Shown: positions 17,468 to 26,427, counted from the stretch's first letter. The stretch is DNA of 46,353 nucleotides from Candidatus Zhuqueibacterota bacterium 4484_87 (GCA_002085355.1 NATN01000037.1:1-46353), one strand, 5' to 3'. Notes: generated by a model from the sequence alone, not told the origin. Made by a program: numbers and translations.

Positions 17468-18952
17468 ATGAATGAATTCGTTTTGCAAATGAAAAATATT
17501 TCCAAGAAATTCCCCGGGGTTCAGGCGCTTGACAACGTGAATTTCGATTTGCATCGCGGCGAAGTACATGCCCTTGTTGGCGAGAACGGTGCTGGCAAAT
17601 CAACGCTGATCAAAATTCTTGCTGGGGCTGTTAAAAAAGATTCCGGCGAGATTTTTCTGAACGGCAAACCAAAGGAAATAGCGACTCCTGGCGATGCTCA
17701 GCGCTCAGGTATTGCTGTTATTTATCAGGAATTGATGTTGGTCCCTGCTCTTTCCGTTGCGGAAAATATTTTTTTTGGCAGAATGGCTCTGCGGTGGAGA
17801 TTTTTTATCAATAGAACATTACTTCGCCGGCAGGCGCAGATAATTTTACAGCGTGTGGGTTTGAAAGTGGATGTGCAGCAGAAATTGTCTTCGCTTCCTG
17901 TGGCGCAACAGCAAATGGTCGAGGTGGCAAAGGCCCTGTCCGTGAATGCCAACATCATCGTAATGGATGAGCCATCCGCGGTTTTGACTGCTCATGAATT
18001 AGCGAAATTGTTTGAGATTGTTCGTCAACTTAAGAAAAAAGGAGTTGCGTTCATTTACATTTCTCATCGTTTAGAAGAAATCTTTGAAATTGCAGATCGC
18101 GTTACAGTGCTTCGTGATGGCAAGATTCAGGGAACAAAGACAATTGAAGAAGTCGATCGCAACAGCCTTGTGCAAATGATGGTTGGCAGAAAAATTGAAT
18201 TCTGGAATCACGGGCAGTCAACTGCGGCAAAAAATGAACCTGTTCTGGAAGTTGAAAAATTACGAACGCCGACTCTTGCGGATGAGATTAGCTTAAAAAT
18301 TAATGCCGGGGAAATTTTAGGTGTAGCCGGACTTGTGGGTTCCGGAAGAACGGAAATGGCACGGGCAATTTTGGGTGCAGATAAGAGAATTAGCGGTTAT
18401 GTGAAATTGGCAGGAAGAAAACTGACCATTAAGTCCCCGGCAGACGCCATCAAAGCGGGGATCGGATTTGTTCCCGAAGATCGAAAAGATCAGGGATTGT
18501 TTTTCGATCTAAATATCATGTCAAATATGACAATTTCAAACTTGTCTGCTCAGTCGCGGAATGGAATGATCCGGAAAAATCTGGAGAAAAAAAATGCCAT
18601 TGCATTGGCAAAGCAACTACAAATAAAAATGGGTCACCTAAACGACAGCGTCAACAGCCTGAGCGGCGGCAATCAGCAAAAAGTGATTTTGTCCCGCTGG
18701 TTCGGAGGAAATGTGAAGGCGGTTATTTTTGACGAACCCACGCGAGGAGTGGATGTCGCTGCCAAAGCGCAAATTCATGAATTGATATATGAGTTAACGC
18801 AGCAGGGAATCGCTGTGATGATCATCTCTTCGGAACTACCGGAAATCCTCAAGCTGAGCGATCGAATCATTGTCATGCGCGAAGGAAAAATTGCCGGAGA
18901 AATGTCGGCAGAGGATGCCTCGGAAGAAAAAATTGTCTCTTTGGCGAGTTAG
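17468..18952 (+). CDS. Sugar-type ABC transporter ATP-binding protein with two fused ABC domains (RbsA/MglA/XylG-like)
   Basis: Domain 1: GENGAGKST, VAQQQMVEVAKAL, IIVMDEPSA. Domain 2: degenerate Walker A GLVGSGRTE, LSGGNQQKVILSRW, VIFDEPTRGVD. The N-terminus KNISKKFPGVQALDNVNF is typical of the carbohydrate-uptake CUT2 family. Confidence 0.9.
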   Translation: MNEFVLQMKNISKKFPGVQALDNVNFDLHRGEVHALVGENGAGKSTLIKILAGAVKKDSGEIFLNGKPKEIATPGDAQRSGIAVIYQELMLVPALSVAENIFFGRMALRWRFFINRTLLRRQAQIILQRVGLKVDVQQKLSSLPVAQQQMVEVAKALSVNANIIVMDEPSAVLTAHELAKLFEIVRQLKKKGVAFIYISHRLEEIFEIADRVTVLRDGKIQGTKTIEEVDRNSLVQMMVGRKIEFWNHGQSTAAKNEPVLEVEKLRTPTLADEISLKINAGEILGVAGLVGSGRTEMARAILGADKRISGYVKLAGRKLTIKSPADAIKAGIGFVPEDRKDQGLFFDLNIMSNMTISNLSAQSRNGMIRKNLEKKNAIALAKQLQIKMGHLNDSVNSLSGGNQQKVILSRWFGGNVKAVIFDEPTRGVDVAAKAQIHELIYELTQQGIAVMIISSELPEILKLSDRIIVMREGKIAGEMSAEDASEEKIVSLAS

Positions 18953-18987
18953 CGAATTGACAATTCGGAAACAGTAGAAATTTGTCT

Positions 18988-20724
18988 TCATTTCAAAAAT
19001 AAAACCTTACTTTGCGTTTTGACAGCGCCTGCGCTTAAATTTACCAAATAAACGCCACTGGAAACGAATATGCCTGCATCATCTTTTCCGTCCCAGAGCA
19101 GCTCAAAATTTCCCGTATTTTTGTTTTCTGCAATTAGTGTTCTCACTCGCTGACCCTGCATGTTGAAAATTTGCAATTTGACAAAAGAGGGACTAATGAC
19201 TTTGTATCGGATTTTTGTACTGCAATTAAACGGATTGGGGAAATTAGAGAGCAGATTCCCATTTTCGGCAATTGCCGGATTTTCGTTTGCCGTTTTTACA
19301 TCTGTTGTCGCATTAAATCGAATGACAGAAACGCTCAACCCCGGGCATTGAATCTGAATCGTTTGCCCTGTTTGTCCTTCCTCAATAGGAACAAAACAGT
19401 TTTCAATATTGTTTTGATCGTAGCGGTAGATTTCGTAGCTTCGCATTCCTCTCGGCACGAGAACTGTTGCGGAAGAGTTCGTCTCGTTGAACTTATTGAT
19501 CAAAATGACGCTGATTCCTCCGTCAATTCTCCGAATAGCAAACGGCTGGATAACGTATAAATTCACATTCATGCCGCCGTGATGCAAAATATCGGGTTTA
19601 GGTGTTTCATCTGTTTCACAGCCGATAATTTGCGCACCGGGTTCCAGCCCAGTTGTCTCGATGAGAAATTTCCAGGAATAGTACGGCGGGAGCTCTCTGA
19701 ACTCGGGAAACCAGTTCAAAATTCCATACCCGCCAATTGTCTCCCAGTGCAGTGTAATGCCATAACCTCCTTTGGCGCTGTGTAGCATTGCGGCTGCCTG
19801 ATACACGCCACCGAAAACATTGGTATTCCTCGGGTCTGTCCAGAGCTCGCCGTCTTTTTTCCAGACTGCGCTGACGTTGTAAGCGTCCAGCACTAATTTG
19901 GATGGACAATTTTCTCCAACCATGTTTTTGATTTTCAGCGGCGCTTCTTCGTACCAGATTGTTCTGTCCATGATTGATTCGTCAGAATCGTTGCTGTCCC
20001 AGGAAATGAATAAGTTGCACGAGATGAAATCGAGATAATCTTTCCCGTTGGGTTCGTTGAGCACATAATTTGCCCAGTGGCCATTTTCCCACCCGCCGAA
20101 ACTGGATGAGCCTCCGCATAAAATGTCCGGATTGACGCTCTTAACCTGCTGCGCCCCGCGCAAAAAGAGTTGGGCGCATTTCTTGAATGGGATGTAGTAA
20201 TCCCTGTCAGGATGCATCATGTTTGGTTCGTCAAAAAAAGTGATCATGTCCAGATCATTTTTGTAGCGACTGGTAAATTCAAAAGCCGCTTTTTCCCATT
20301 CTGTCAATGCATCCGCATGGTTCCACCACGGATCATCAGCCGAACCGGTGAACCAGCTCTCCCCTTCGTAAAGACATGGGAATAGCTTAAAATTCGATGC
20401 GGTTATTTCCGCAATTTTTGTGTCCAATTCATCCCAATGCCAGACATCCGGCGCCGGGTGAAATTCCGGGACTTCTGCCCAGACGCGAACTCGATTCAGC
20501 TTAAGCTTTTTTAGCTTGGTGGTAGCATTGTTGTCATTGTAAGTATTGCTGTGGTATTGAATACCAAAAAAATCAGTAGAAATAATTTGATAGCAAGTAT
20601 CAATGACTGTGATTGTTGAATTTTGTGAATGCAACAAGTTGACGGAAAGGAAAAATACGGAGAAAAAGCCAAATATTGACCAGGTGAATCGCAATAGTGA
20701 TTTTTTGTTAAATGTGAAATTCAT
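18988..20724 (-). CDS. Secreted clan GH-A-like (TIM-barrel) glycoside hydrolase with a T9SS C-terminal sorting domain
   Basis: Signal peptide (FTWSIFGFFSVFFLSVNLLHS). NRVRVWA and FFDEPN (NEP-type acid/base motif) suggest a GH5/GH39-like fold. The C-terminus reads LSNFPNPFNCSTKIRYKV...WDGKDDAGIFVSSGVYLVNL...KVLFLK. Confidence 0.75.
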   Translation of the reverse strand: MNFTFNKKSLLRFTWSIFGFFSVFFLSVNLLHSQNSTITVIDTCYQIISTDFFGIQYHSNTYNDNNATTKLKKLKLNRVRVWAEVPEFHPAPDVWHWDELDTKIAEITASNFKLFPCLYEGESWFTGSADDPWWNHADALTEWEKAAFEFTSRYKNDLDMITFFDEPNMMHPDRDYYIPFKKCAQLFLRGAQQVKSVNPDILCGGSSSFGGWENGHWANYVLNEPNGKDYLDFISCNLFISWDSNDSDESIMDRTIWYEEAPLKIKNMVGENCPSKLVLDAYNVSAVWKKDGELWTDPRNTNVFGGVYQAAAMLHSAKGGYGITLHWETIGGYGILNWFPEFRELPPYYSWKFLIETTGLEPGAQIIGCETDETPKPDILHHGGMNVNLYVIQPFAIRRIDGGISVILINKFNETNSSATVLVPRGMRSYEIYRYDQNNIENCFVPIEEGQTGQTIQIQCPGLSVSVIRFNATTDVKTANENPAIAENGNLLSNFPNPFNCSTKIRYKVISPSFVKLQIFNMQGQRVRTLIAENKNTGNFELLWDGKDDAGIFVSSGVYLVNLSAGAVKTQSKVLFLK

Positions 20725-21268
20725 AAATCCCCAGACTCCAAAATTTTTTACCAGAATATCGGGGCCCCTGCCAGCCTTGCAAGCGCAATTCTTTTGAAAT
20801 AAATCTGTTCAGAAAACCGTGACCTATCAAAACAACAGAGCCATTTCTTTTTGCTAATTTAATGAGTTTTTGCGCAGCGGAAGCAGCTCTGTTTTTCGCC
20901 TGGCGATGGGATTCACTATTAGTTGAATAGCCCCAAAACCAGAGAATCCTGAGGATAATTGACCAGACGAAGGGCGAAAGTTTGAAAAATGGAAGATTTG
21001 GATAAGGTAAACCAGATTCCCTGAACAATGGATCGACGAGGTCCGGCTGCAAACCAAGAGCCCGAGCTGAATCAAGTGAGCGACGCAAATCACTGCAAAC
21101 TACAAAGTTGCAGGATTTAACCACAGGAATAATTTCATCTGGCGGCGCTTCCGTTTCATTTAAACCTGCGGCATTGTATGATTCAATTAACTTGTACATT
21201 TCATTTGCTTTAATTTTTTGGGGATAATGAACATCAGGTCTGCCGTGCCTGACTAAAACAATTCGCAT
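20708..21268 (-). CDS. Histidine phosphatase (phosphoglycerate mutase-like) family protein
   Basis: The RHG motif sits at the N-terminus (MRIVLVRHGRP) and the second catalytic His is in VVLIGHGF. Its stop overlaps the start of the downstream GH gene by 17 nt. Confidence 0.8.
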   Translation of the reverse strand: MRIVLVRHGRPDVHYPQKIKANEMYKLIESYNAAGLNETEAPPDEIIPVVKSCNFVVCSDLRRSLDSARALGLQPDLVDPLFRESGLPYPNLPFFKLSPFVWSIILRILWFWGYSTNSESHRQAKNRAASAAQKLIKLAKRNGSVVLIGHGFLNRFISKELRLQGWQGPRYSGKKFWSLGIYEFHI

Positions 21269-21374
21269 GTGTCGCCGCCTTTTTGATAGTATCGCTTATT
21301 TTATCAATGTCCGGTTTTGCTTGGGAAATTCTAAATCAGCGAGTATGAATTGTTTCAAACGATATCGTTTTATT

Positions 21375-22190
21375 CTACAGTGCTTCTTTCACAAAACTGA
21401 TTAGTTTTGGATCTGTCCAGAAAATGCCCACTCTGTTCCAGAAATCAAAGGCTTCTTCTTCGCTGCCATAGGCAAAAGGCATTCCAACGCGGACGGTCTT
21501 ATGGCTTTTTTTCGTTATCTCTTTTGCAATGTTTGGCGATTGCTGAATCGCCTGCTCCAGCGCTTTTCTTGCTTCAGACAACCGGTCCAGCCGAAAATAG
21601 GCATAGACTTTTCCGTAAAGTACGTCTGCCATGATATCGTCAGGGAATCTGGCGCAAAGATTCAAAATAGCATTGAAATTTCCCAGGGCCATGTAAGCAT
21701 GAATTGCTGCCATGCGTATGCCCTGATTGTCGTCCGGATTGTAACTCAGCATTTGTTCAAATATTTTTACAGCTTTTTTGTATTGATGAATATTGAGCAA
21801 GCCAATTCCCAACCCTTGCAGCGTGCGTAAAAAAGGTCTGTTTTCCGAAAAGCCCCACTCAATGAGTCCCTGAAAATTTTTGGGAACGAATTTTTGTGCC
21901 TTTTTGCGCGCAGTTTCAAATTGGTCGAGAGCCAATCCGTAATTCAACATGTCCATTTCCATCCAACCAATGGCATTGTAAGCATCGAGAAAATAGGGAT
22001 CATCTTCCAGTATCTGTTCCAACTCATAAATTGAAGTGTACACTTCATTGATTTGCACAGCTTCATAGTAACGCTCAAAGAGACTATTTCTCGCTCTGCC
22101 CCATTCAATGATGCCGTATTCCGTATCACCATGTTTTTTTATGACAAATGTTGGCAATGGGTAGGTTTGCATCTTATTTTTCCTTTCCAC
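21375..22190 (-). CDS. TPR-repeat protein
   Basis: 271 aa with helical repeats (LDAYNAIGWMEMDMLNYGLALDQFETARKK, YKKAVKIFEQMLSYNPDDNQGIRMAAIHAYMALGNFNA, LSEARKALEQAIQQSPN). Confidence 0.7.
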   Translation of the reverse strand: MERKNKMQTYPLPTFVIKKHGDTEYGIIEWGRARNSLFERYYEAVQINEVYTSIYELEQILEDDPYFLDAYNAIGWMEMDMLNYGLALDQFETARKKAQKFVPKNFQGLIEWGFSENRPFLRTLQGLGIGLLNIHQYKKAVKIFEQMLSYNPDDNQGIRMAAIHAYMALGNFNAILNLCARFPDDIMADVLYGKVYAYFRLDRLSEARKALEQAIQQSPNIAKEITKKSHKTVRVGMPFAYGSEEEAFDFWNRVGIFWTDPKLISFVKEAL

Positions 22191-22406
22191 TTGTGATTGA
22201 TTACAAATATAATGATTTTATACATTAAAAGGCAATGAATTTTTTTGATTATGCTAAAATTAAATCTTTACATAGTTTTTTGATGTGACAGGCGCTGCTA
22301 GGTGACTGTGAATTTTTATATTTTTAAAAATTGTAATTGATAGAGAAGTTTCAAAGAATCTTTTTGAAAGTCATTTCATCAAAAAAGAAGTCAGGAGGAT
22401 AATAAA

Positions 22407-22610
22407 ATGAAGAAGCTCACAGAAAATGAATTAAAAATTTACCTTTCGTCCATTGAGGGGCGAATCGATGCCTGTTGTGATAAACATGTTGCAGAAGTGC
22501 TCAAAGAGGTCATTTTTGATGAAGCCAAAGAACGGTTTGGCGAAGTGCCTTTGGGTACGCTGAAGACAGAGATCGATAAAATGATTAATAAAAAATTTTC
22601 TATCGAATAG
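22407..22610 (+). CDS. Small hypothetical protein (67 aa)
   Basis: Strong RBS (AGGAGG, 8 nt, ATG). The composition is helical and charged. I recognise no family. Confidence 0.5.
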   Translation: MKKLTENELKIYLSSIEGRIDACCDKHVAEVLKEVIFDEAKERFGEVPLGTLKTEIDKMINKKFSIE

Positions 22611-22657
22611 TGTTTAATGAATCAGAATGAATTTGGAAGTAAAGTAGGGAGATTGGA

Positions 22658-23083
22658 ATGAACGTAGAGATCAAACAAGTTGACGGATTAACATTAGTCG
22701 GAAAAGCAGATTCAGGACATTGGGTTGCGATGGACGGTAGCGAGAAAGTTGGCGGCAATGATGCGGGGACTCGTCCCATGGAATTGTTGTTGATGTCTCT
22801 TGGTGGCTGCACCGGCATGGATGTCATATCTATTTTGCAGAAAAAACGCACTCCTTTCACAAAAGTGAATATGCGGCTTGAAGCTGAACGCGCCAATGAG
22901 CATCCGAAAGTTTTTACAAAAATTAAAATCACTTTTTTGGTTTATGGCGATAAAGATAAAATTAAAACTGCTGATGTTGAACGCGCGATTGAGCTTTCCA
23001 GCACGAAATATTGCTCAGCGTCAACGATGTTGAAAAAGACAGCGGAAGTTTCATACCATTATGAGGTGATTGATACAAAGTAA
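22658..23083 (+). CDS. OsmC/Ohr-family protein (peroxiredoxin-like)
   Basis: 141 aa with the two family cysteines in typical context (LMSLGGCTGMDVISIL and SSTKYCSAS). Confidence 0.85.
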   Translation: MNVEIKQVDGLTLVGKADSGHWVAMDGSEKVGGNDAGTRPMELLLMSLGGCTGMDVISILQKKRTPFTKVNMRLEAERANEHPKVFTKIKITFLVYGDKDKIKTADVERAIELSSTKYCSASTMLKKTAEVSYHYEVIDTK

Positions 23084-23205
23084 AATTTATTTTTGGCACT
23101 TTGCGAATCCCTGTTTTATTCGTGTTGATTGAAATAATTCTTGTTTTTTTTGATAAATTTTATTATTTTACCTTACTGAAACAGAAAAAACAGGAATTCG
23201 CATAT

Positions 23206-23775
23206 ATGGATATTACAGAGAAAGAATTAATAAAGAGAGCAAAAGAAGGCGATCGTCAGGCGCAGGCGCAAATTGTTGTTAAATATGAGCGTATGGTTTA
23301 TAATCTCGCCCTTCGTTTGCTCGGAGATCAGGATTTGGCAGAAGGTGTATTGCAGGAGACTTTTCTCAAAGTAATTCAGGCATTGCCAAATTTCAAAGAG
23401 CAATCCCAGCTCTCAACGTGGATTTACCGCATCGCGACTAATCAAGCGCTGATGCGGCTCAGATCAAAAAAAAGACGCAAACAATCATTTGATGAAAATA
23501 TAGAAAATGAAAATCGGGATTATTCCGCTTTTATTCGTTCTTTAGAAAAAGATCCGCTGGATAGCTTGATCAATCAGGAATTGAAAGAGAAGCTGGATAA
23601 GGCGATCGGAGAATTGCCTGATAATTATCGTACCGTTTTTGTTTTGAAAGATATTGAAGGATTAGCACTGAAAGAGATTTCTGATATGTTAGACATTTCT
23701 TTGCCGGCAGTGAAATCCAATTTACATCGCGCGCGGATTGCTCTAAGAAATAAACTCGCAGAACTTTGGAATTAA
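23206..23775 (+). CDS. ECF-type RNA polymerase sigma-70 family factor
   Basis: Region 2 (YERMVYNLALRLLGDQDLAEGVLQETFLKV...STWIYRIATNQALMRLR) and region 4 (YRTVFVLKDIEGLALKEISDMLDISLPAVKSNLHRARIALR). I prefer the ATG at 23206 over the TTG at 23101. Confidence 0.9.
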   Translation: MDITEKELIKRAKEGDRQAQAQIVVKYERMVYNLALRLLGDQDLAEGVLQETFLKVIQALPNFKEQSQLSTWIYRIATNQALMRLRSKKRRKQSFDENIENENRDYSAFIRSLEKDPLDSLINQELKEKLDKAIGELPDNYRTVFVLKDIEGLALKEISDMLDISLPAVKSNLHRARIALRNKLAELWN

Positions 23776-23790
23776 CGGAGCTGCAACGTA

Positions 23791-24027
23791 ATGGATTGTT
23801 TGACATCAATACAGCAAATTTGCGACCTTTTATCTGAAGATATTAACAGCCCTTTATGTAAAGAAATTCAGGAGCATTTGGACGAGTGTCCCCGATGCTG
23901 CGCTGAAGTGGACTCGATTAAAAAAGTTGTGTATTTGTACAAAGATTATAATAAGTCGGATGTTCCCGAAGATGTGGACCATAGACTGTGGCGTGTATTG
24001 AATTTGCCACGCCCGGAAGAAGTGTGA
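23791..24027 (+). CDS. Small soluble zinc-binding anti-sigma factor (ZAS, RsrA-like)
   Basis: 78 aa with no TM. An H-x3-C-x2-C motif (HLDECPRC, H29/C33/C36) plus an upstream Cys11. It lies immediately downstream of the ECF sigma gene. Confidence 0.75.
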   Translation: MDCLTSIQQICDLLSEDINSPLCKEIQEHLDECPRCCAEVDSIKKVVYLYKDYNKSDVPEDVDHRLWRVLNLPRPEEV

Positions 24028-24123
24028 CAAAACTCTGCTCTATTTGCTTAAATTTTACTGCTTCAATTTGAAATAATTTTATTGCATCTTAATAGCTAAT
24101 TGCCTATATTCGTAGTTTATGAG

Positions 24124-24157
24124 AAGGTATTTTGCGTTTTTAAAGATACCTTTTTTC
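24124..24157 (+). terminator. Rho-independent terminator after the sigma/anti-sigma pair
   Basis: AAGGTAT ... ATACCTT stem with a 15-nt loop, followed by a T6 run. Confidence 0.55.
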
Positions 24158-24327
24158 GTTTTTGGAAAAGTTGACTGACTCTTTTTAAAGGTCCCAACGT
24201 AAGCATGATTGGTCAGCGGCGATTTTTATAAGTGATTCACCCTGTTTATTATATTTTTGATGATTTGTCTGATAAATGGAGACTAGAAAGTTAGCGACGG
24301 AATTGAATGTGGGAGGCAGTGAAGAGT

Positions 24328-24795
24328 ATGAGTGTATATGCCGCCGTGTTGAAAAGGCGAACCATCCGAAGATTCTTGCAAAAACCTCTTTCGCGCGATT
24401 TTCTGAAAAGGCTTGTCAATGCCGGCAGGCTGGCGCCATCGGGTGCAAATCTGCAACCATTGGAATTCATTGTCGTAGAAGATAAAGTGCTTTTAGGCAA
24501 AGTTTTTGCTACACTTAAGTGGGCAGCATACATTGCGCCAGCGGGCGATCCACCGCAAGGAAAACGCCCGGTTGCTTACATTGTTGTTTTGATCAACAAA
24601 GAGATAAAAAAAGAAAAGGGCGAAGTTGATGCTGCGGCTGCGATAGAAAATATGATTCTCGTCGCAACGGATGAAGGGGTTGGTTGTTGTTGGTTGGGTG
24701 ACTCAATTAAATACTGGAAAGACGAGCAGGGCGTTTTGCATGTTCCTAAAAGGAAAATAGATCAGGTGATTCATTTTAATGGATATTCGCAATAA
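24328..24795 (+). CDS. Nitroreductase-family protein
   Basis: RRTIRRF...LVNAGRLAPSGANLQPLEFIVV and AAIENMILVATDEGVGCCWLG are typical FMN nitroreductase motifs. The ATG at 24328 lies about 11 nt after GGGAGG. Confidence 0.85.
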   Translation: MSVYAAVLKRRTIRRFLQKPLSRDFLKRLVNAGRLAPSGANLQPLEFIVVEDKVLLGKVFATLKWAAYIAPAGDPPQGKRPVAYIVVLINKEIKKEKGEVDAAAAIENMILVATDEGVGCCWLGDSIKYWKDEQGVLHVPKRKIDQVIHFNGYSQ

Positions 24796-26178
24796 TTGGC
24801 AATGGAGGTCATAGTGGCCAAATTAATGATTAGTATTTCAGGAATACGCGGTGTCGTCGGAGACGGTTTGACGCCACAGATGATAGTAAATTTCGCACAG
24901 GCGTTCGGTACGTATCTTGGCGGCGGCAAAGTTGTCGTTGGGAGAGATTCCCGAGTGACAGGCCCGATGGTGAAACACGCCGTTTTTTCAGGACTAATGG
25001 CAGCCGGAATGGATGTTATTGATATTGGGATTTGTCCCACACCAACAGTGCAAATGGCAGTGAAAAAGCTGAAAGCTCTTGGAGGCATTGCTATTACAGC
25101 CAGTCACAATCCCATTGAGTGGAATGCGTTGAAGTTGATCGGATCCAGCGGTATGTTTTTGGATGAAGCCCAGGGAAAAAAGGTGATCGCAGTAGTTGAA
25201 AAAAATGGCTATCGCAATGTCAAGTGGGATCAAATCGGCAAGCCGGAAATTTATGAAGACGCAATTCAGGATCACATCAAGGCGATTCTGAAGTTGAAAT
25301 TGATTGACACAGATGAGATTGCCAGACGAAAATTCCGCGTCGTTGTCGATTGCGTCAATGGTGCTGGTGGGACATTGCTTCCGGCGTTGCTGGAAGAGCT
25401 GGGTTGCGAAGCTATTTTTATGAATGAGGAACCGACAGGTTTGTTCCCCCGCGCTCCGGAGCCGTTGCCGGAAAACATTACAGATTTGTGCGAACGAGTG
25501 AAAAAAGAAAAAGCGGACGTTGGTTTTGCCGTCGATCCTGATGTGGATCGACTGGCAATTGTTACTGAAAAAGGAGAGCCTTTTGGCGAAGAATTTACGC
25601 TTGTCTCTGCGGCAAATTATGTGCTTTCTAAAAAAAACGGTCCCATTGTTGTGAATGCTTCTGTCTCCCGGGCGATTGATGTAATAGCTGCGAAATTTAA
25701 TTCAGAAGTTTTTCGCACCAAAGTTGGGGAAATTTATGTTGCAAAAAAAATGGAAAAAGTGAAAGCGGCCATTGGCGGAGAAGGCAACGGTGGAGTAATT
25801 CTTCCTGAATTACATCTTGGACGAGATGCTCCGCTGGGTATTGCGCTGACTTTGCAGCAATTAGCAGTAACGCGAATGAAAGCGTCAGAATTACGAGGCT
25901 CTTTACCGCAATACTTTCAAGGGAAAAATCGTATTGAAATCAAAAATTATGATGTCGCTTCAATTTTGAAGGAGATTGAAAAACGGTACAAAAATGAACA
26001 ACTTGACAAGACAGATGGTTTAAAAATTCTCTGGGAAGAAAGCTGGGTTCATATCAGACCTTCAAATACGGAGCCTATCATCAGAATTTACTCTGAAGCA
26101 AAAACGAAAGAAGAAGCAGAGGCTTTGGGATATCGATTTATTAACGAAGTCGAAGACATCATAAAAAAGAATAAATAG
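24796..26178 (+). CDS. Alpha-D-phosphohexomutase (phosphoglucosamine mutase / phosphomannomutase family)
   Basis: Active-site loop ITASHNP, metal loop FAVDPDVDRL, sugar loop GGEGNGGVI. The start is ambiguous (TTG 24796, ATG 24802, GTG 24814 after GGAGG, ATG 24826). It directly abuts the nitroreductase stop. Confidence 0.85.
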   Translation: MAMEVIVAKLMISISGIRGVVGDGLTPQMIVNFAQAFGTYLGGGKVVVGRDSRVTGPMVKHAVFSGLMAAGMDVIDIGICPTPTVQMAVKKLKALGGIAITASHNPIEWNALKLIGSSGMFLDEAQGKKVIAVVEKNGYRNVKWDQIGKPEIYEDAIQDHIKAILKLKLIDTDEIARRKFRVVVDCVNGAGGTLLPALLEELGCEAIFMNEEPTGLFPRAPEPLPENITDLCERVKKEKADVGFAVDPDVDRLAIVTEKGEPFGEEFTLVSAANYVLSKKNGPIVVNASVSRAIDVIAAKFNSEVFRTKVGEIYVAKKMEKVKAAIGGEGNGGVILPELHLGRDAPLGIALTLQQLAVTRMKASELRGSLPQYFQGKNRIEIKNYDVASILKEIEKRYKNEQLDKTDGLKILWEESWVHIRPSNTEPIIRIYSEAKTKEEAEALGYRFINEVEDIIKKNK

Positions 26179-26194
26179 CTTATGAATTATTTTT

Positions 26195-26242
26195 CTCCGC
26201 CTGTTTCTCATGTCATTTTTTGAGAAGCGGGTGGAGTTTTTA
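26195..26242 (+). terminator. Rho-independent terminator
   Basis: CTCCGCCTGTTTCTCA ... TGAGAAGCGGGTGGAG forms a 16-bp stem including 3 G-U pairs, followed by TTTTT. Confidence 0.6.
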
Positions 26243-26312
26243 TTTCTGATTCATTTTACAGGTCAACGATGTGCTGCAAACAGAAGTTGATAAATTTCTT
26301 TTTTAAAAAGAC

Positions 26313-26386
26313 TTGTTTTCAGCAAAATTTATTCGTATGATGATACCCCACTAATTTGCGGTGCAAATATCTGTGGGGTTTGTTGT
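26313..26386 (+). promoter_or_regulatory. Putative promoter plus 5' leader hairpin upstream of deoC
   Basis: TTGTTT, a 17-nt spacer, then TATGAT (26313-26341). Next comes the hairpin CCCCAC-TA-ATTTGC-GGT-GCAAAT-ATCT-GTGGGG (26346-26378), followed by TTTGTTGT. Confidence 0.3.
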
Positions 26387-26427
26387 CGATAAAAGGTTAA
26401 TTATTTGGCATCAAAAAAGGAGAATAT

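Noticed and set aside
22349-22369. A TTTCAAA-N7-TTTGAAA palindrome about 40 nt upstream of the 67-aa ORF, as a possible operator.
   Set aside because: A 7-bp A/T-only inverted repeat is expected by chance in this AT-rich intergenic DNA, and I found no second copy elsewhere in the window.
23101-23205. A hydrophobic 35-aa N-terminal extension (MRIPVLFVLIEIILVFF...) that would make the ECF sigma factor membrane-anchored.
   Set aside because: It depends on a TTG start inside an AT-rich, T-run-rich promoter-like region. Sigma region 2 aligns from the ATG at 23206. An AAC-N16-CGC-like motif just upstream of that ATG is too close to the start to call as a promoter.
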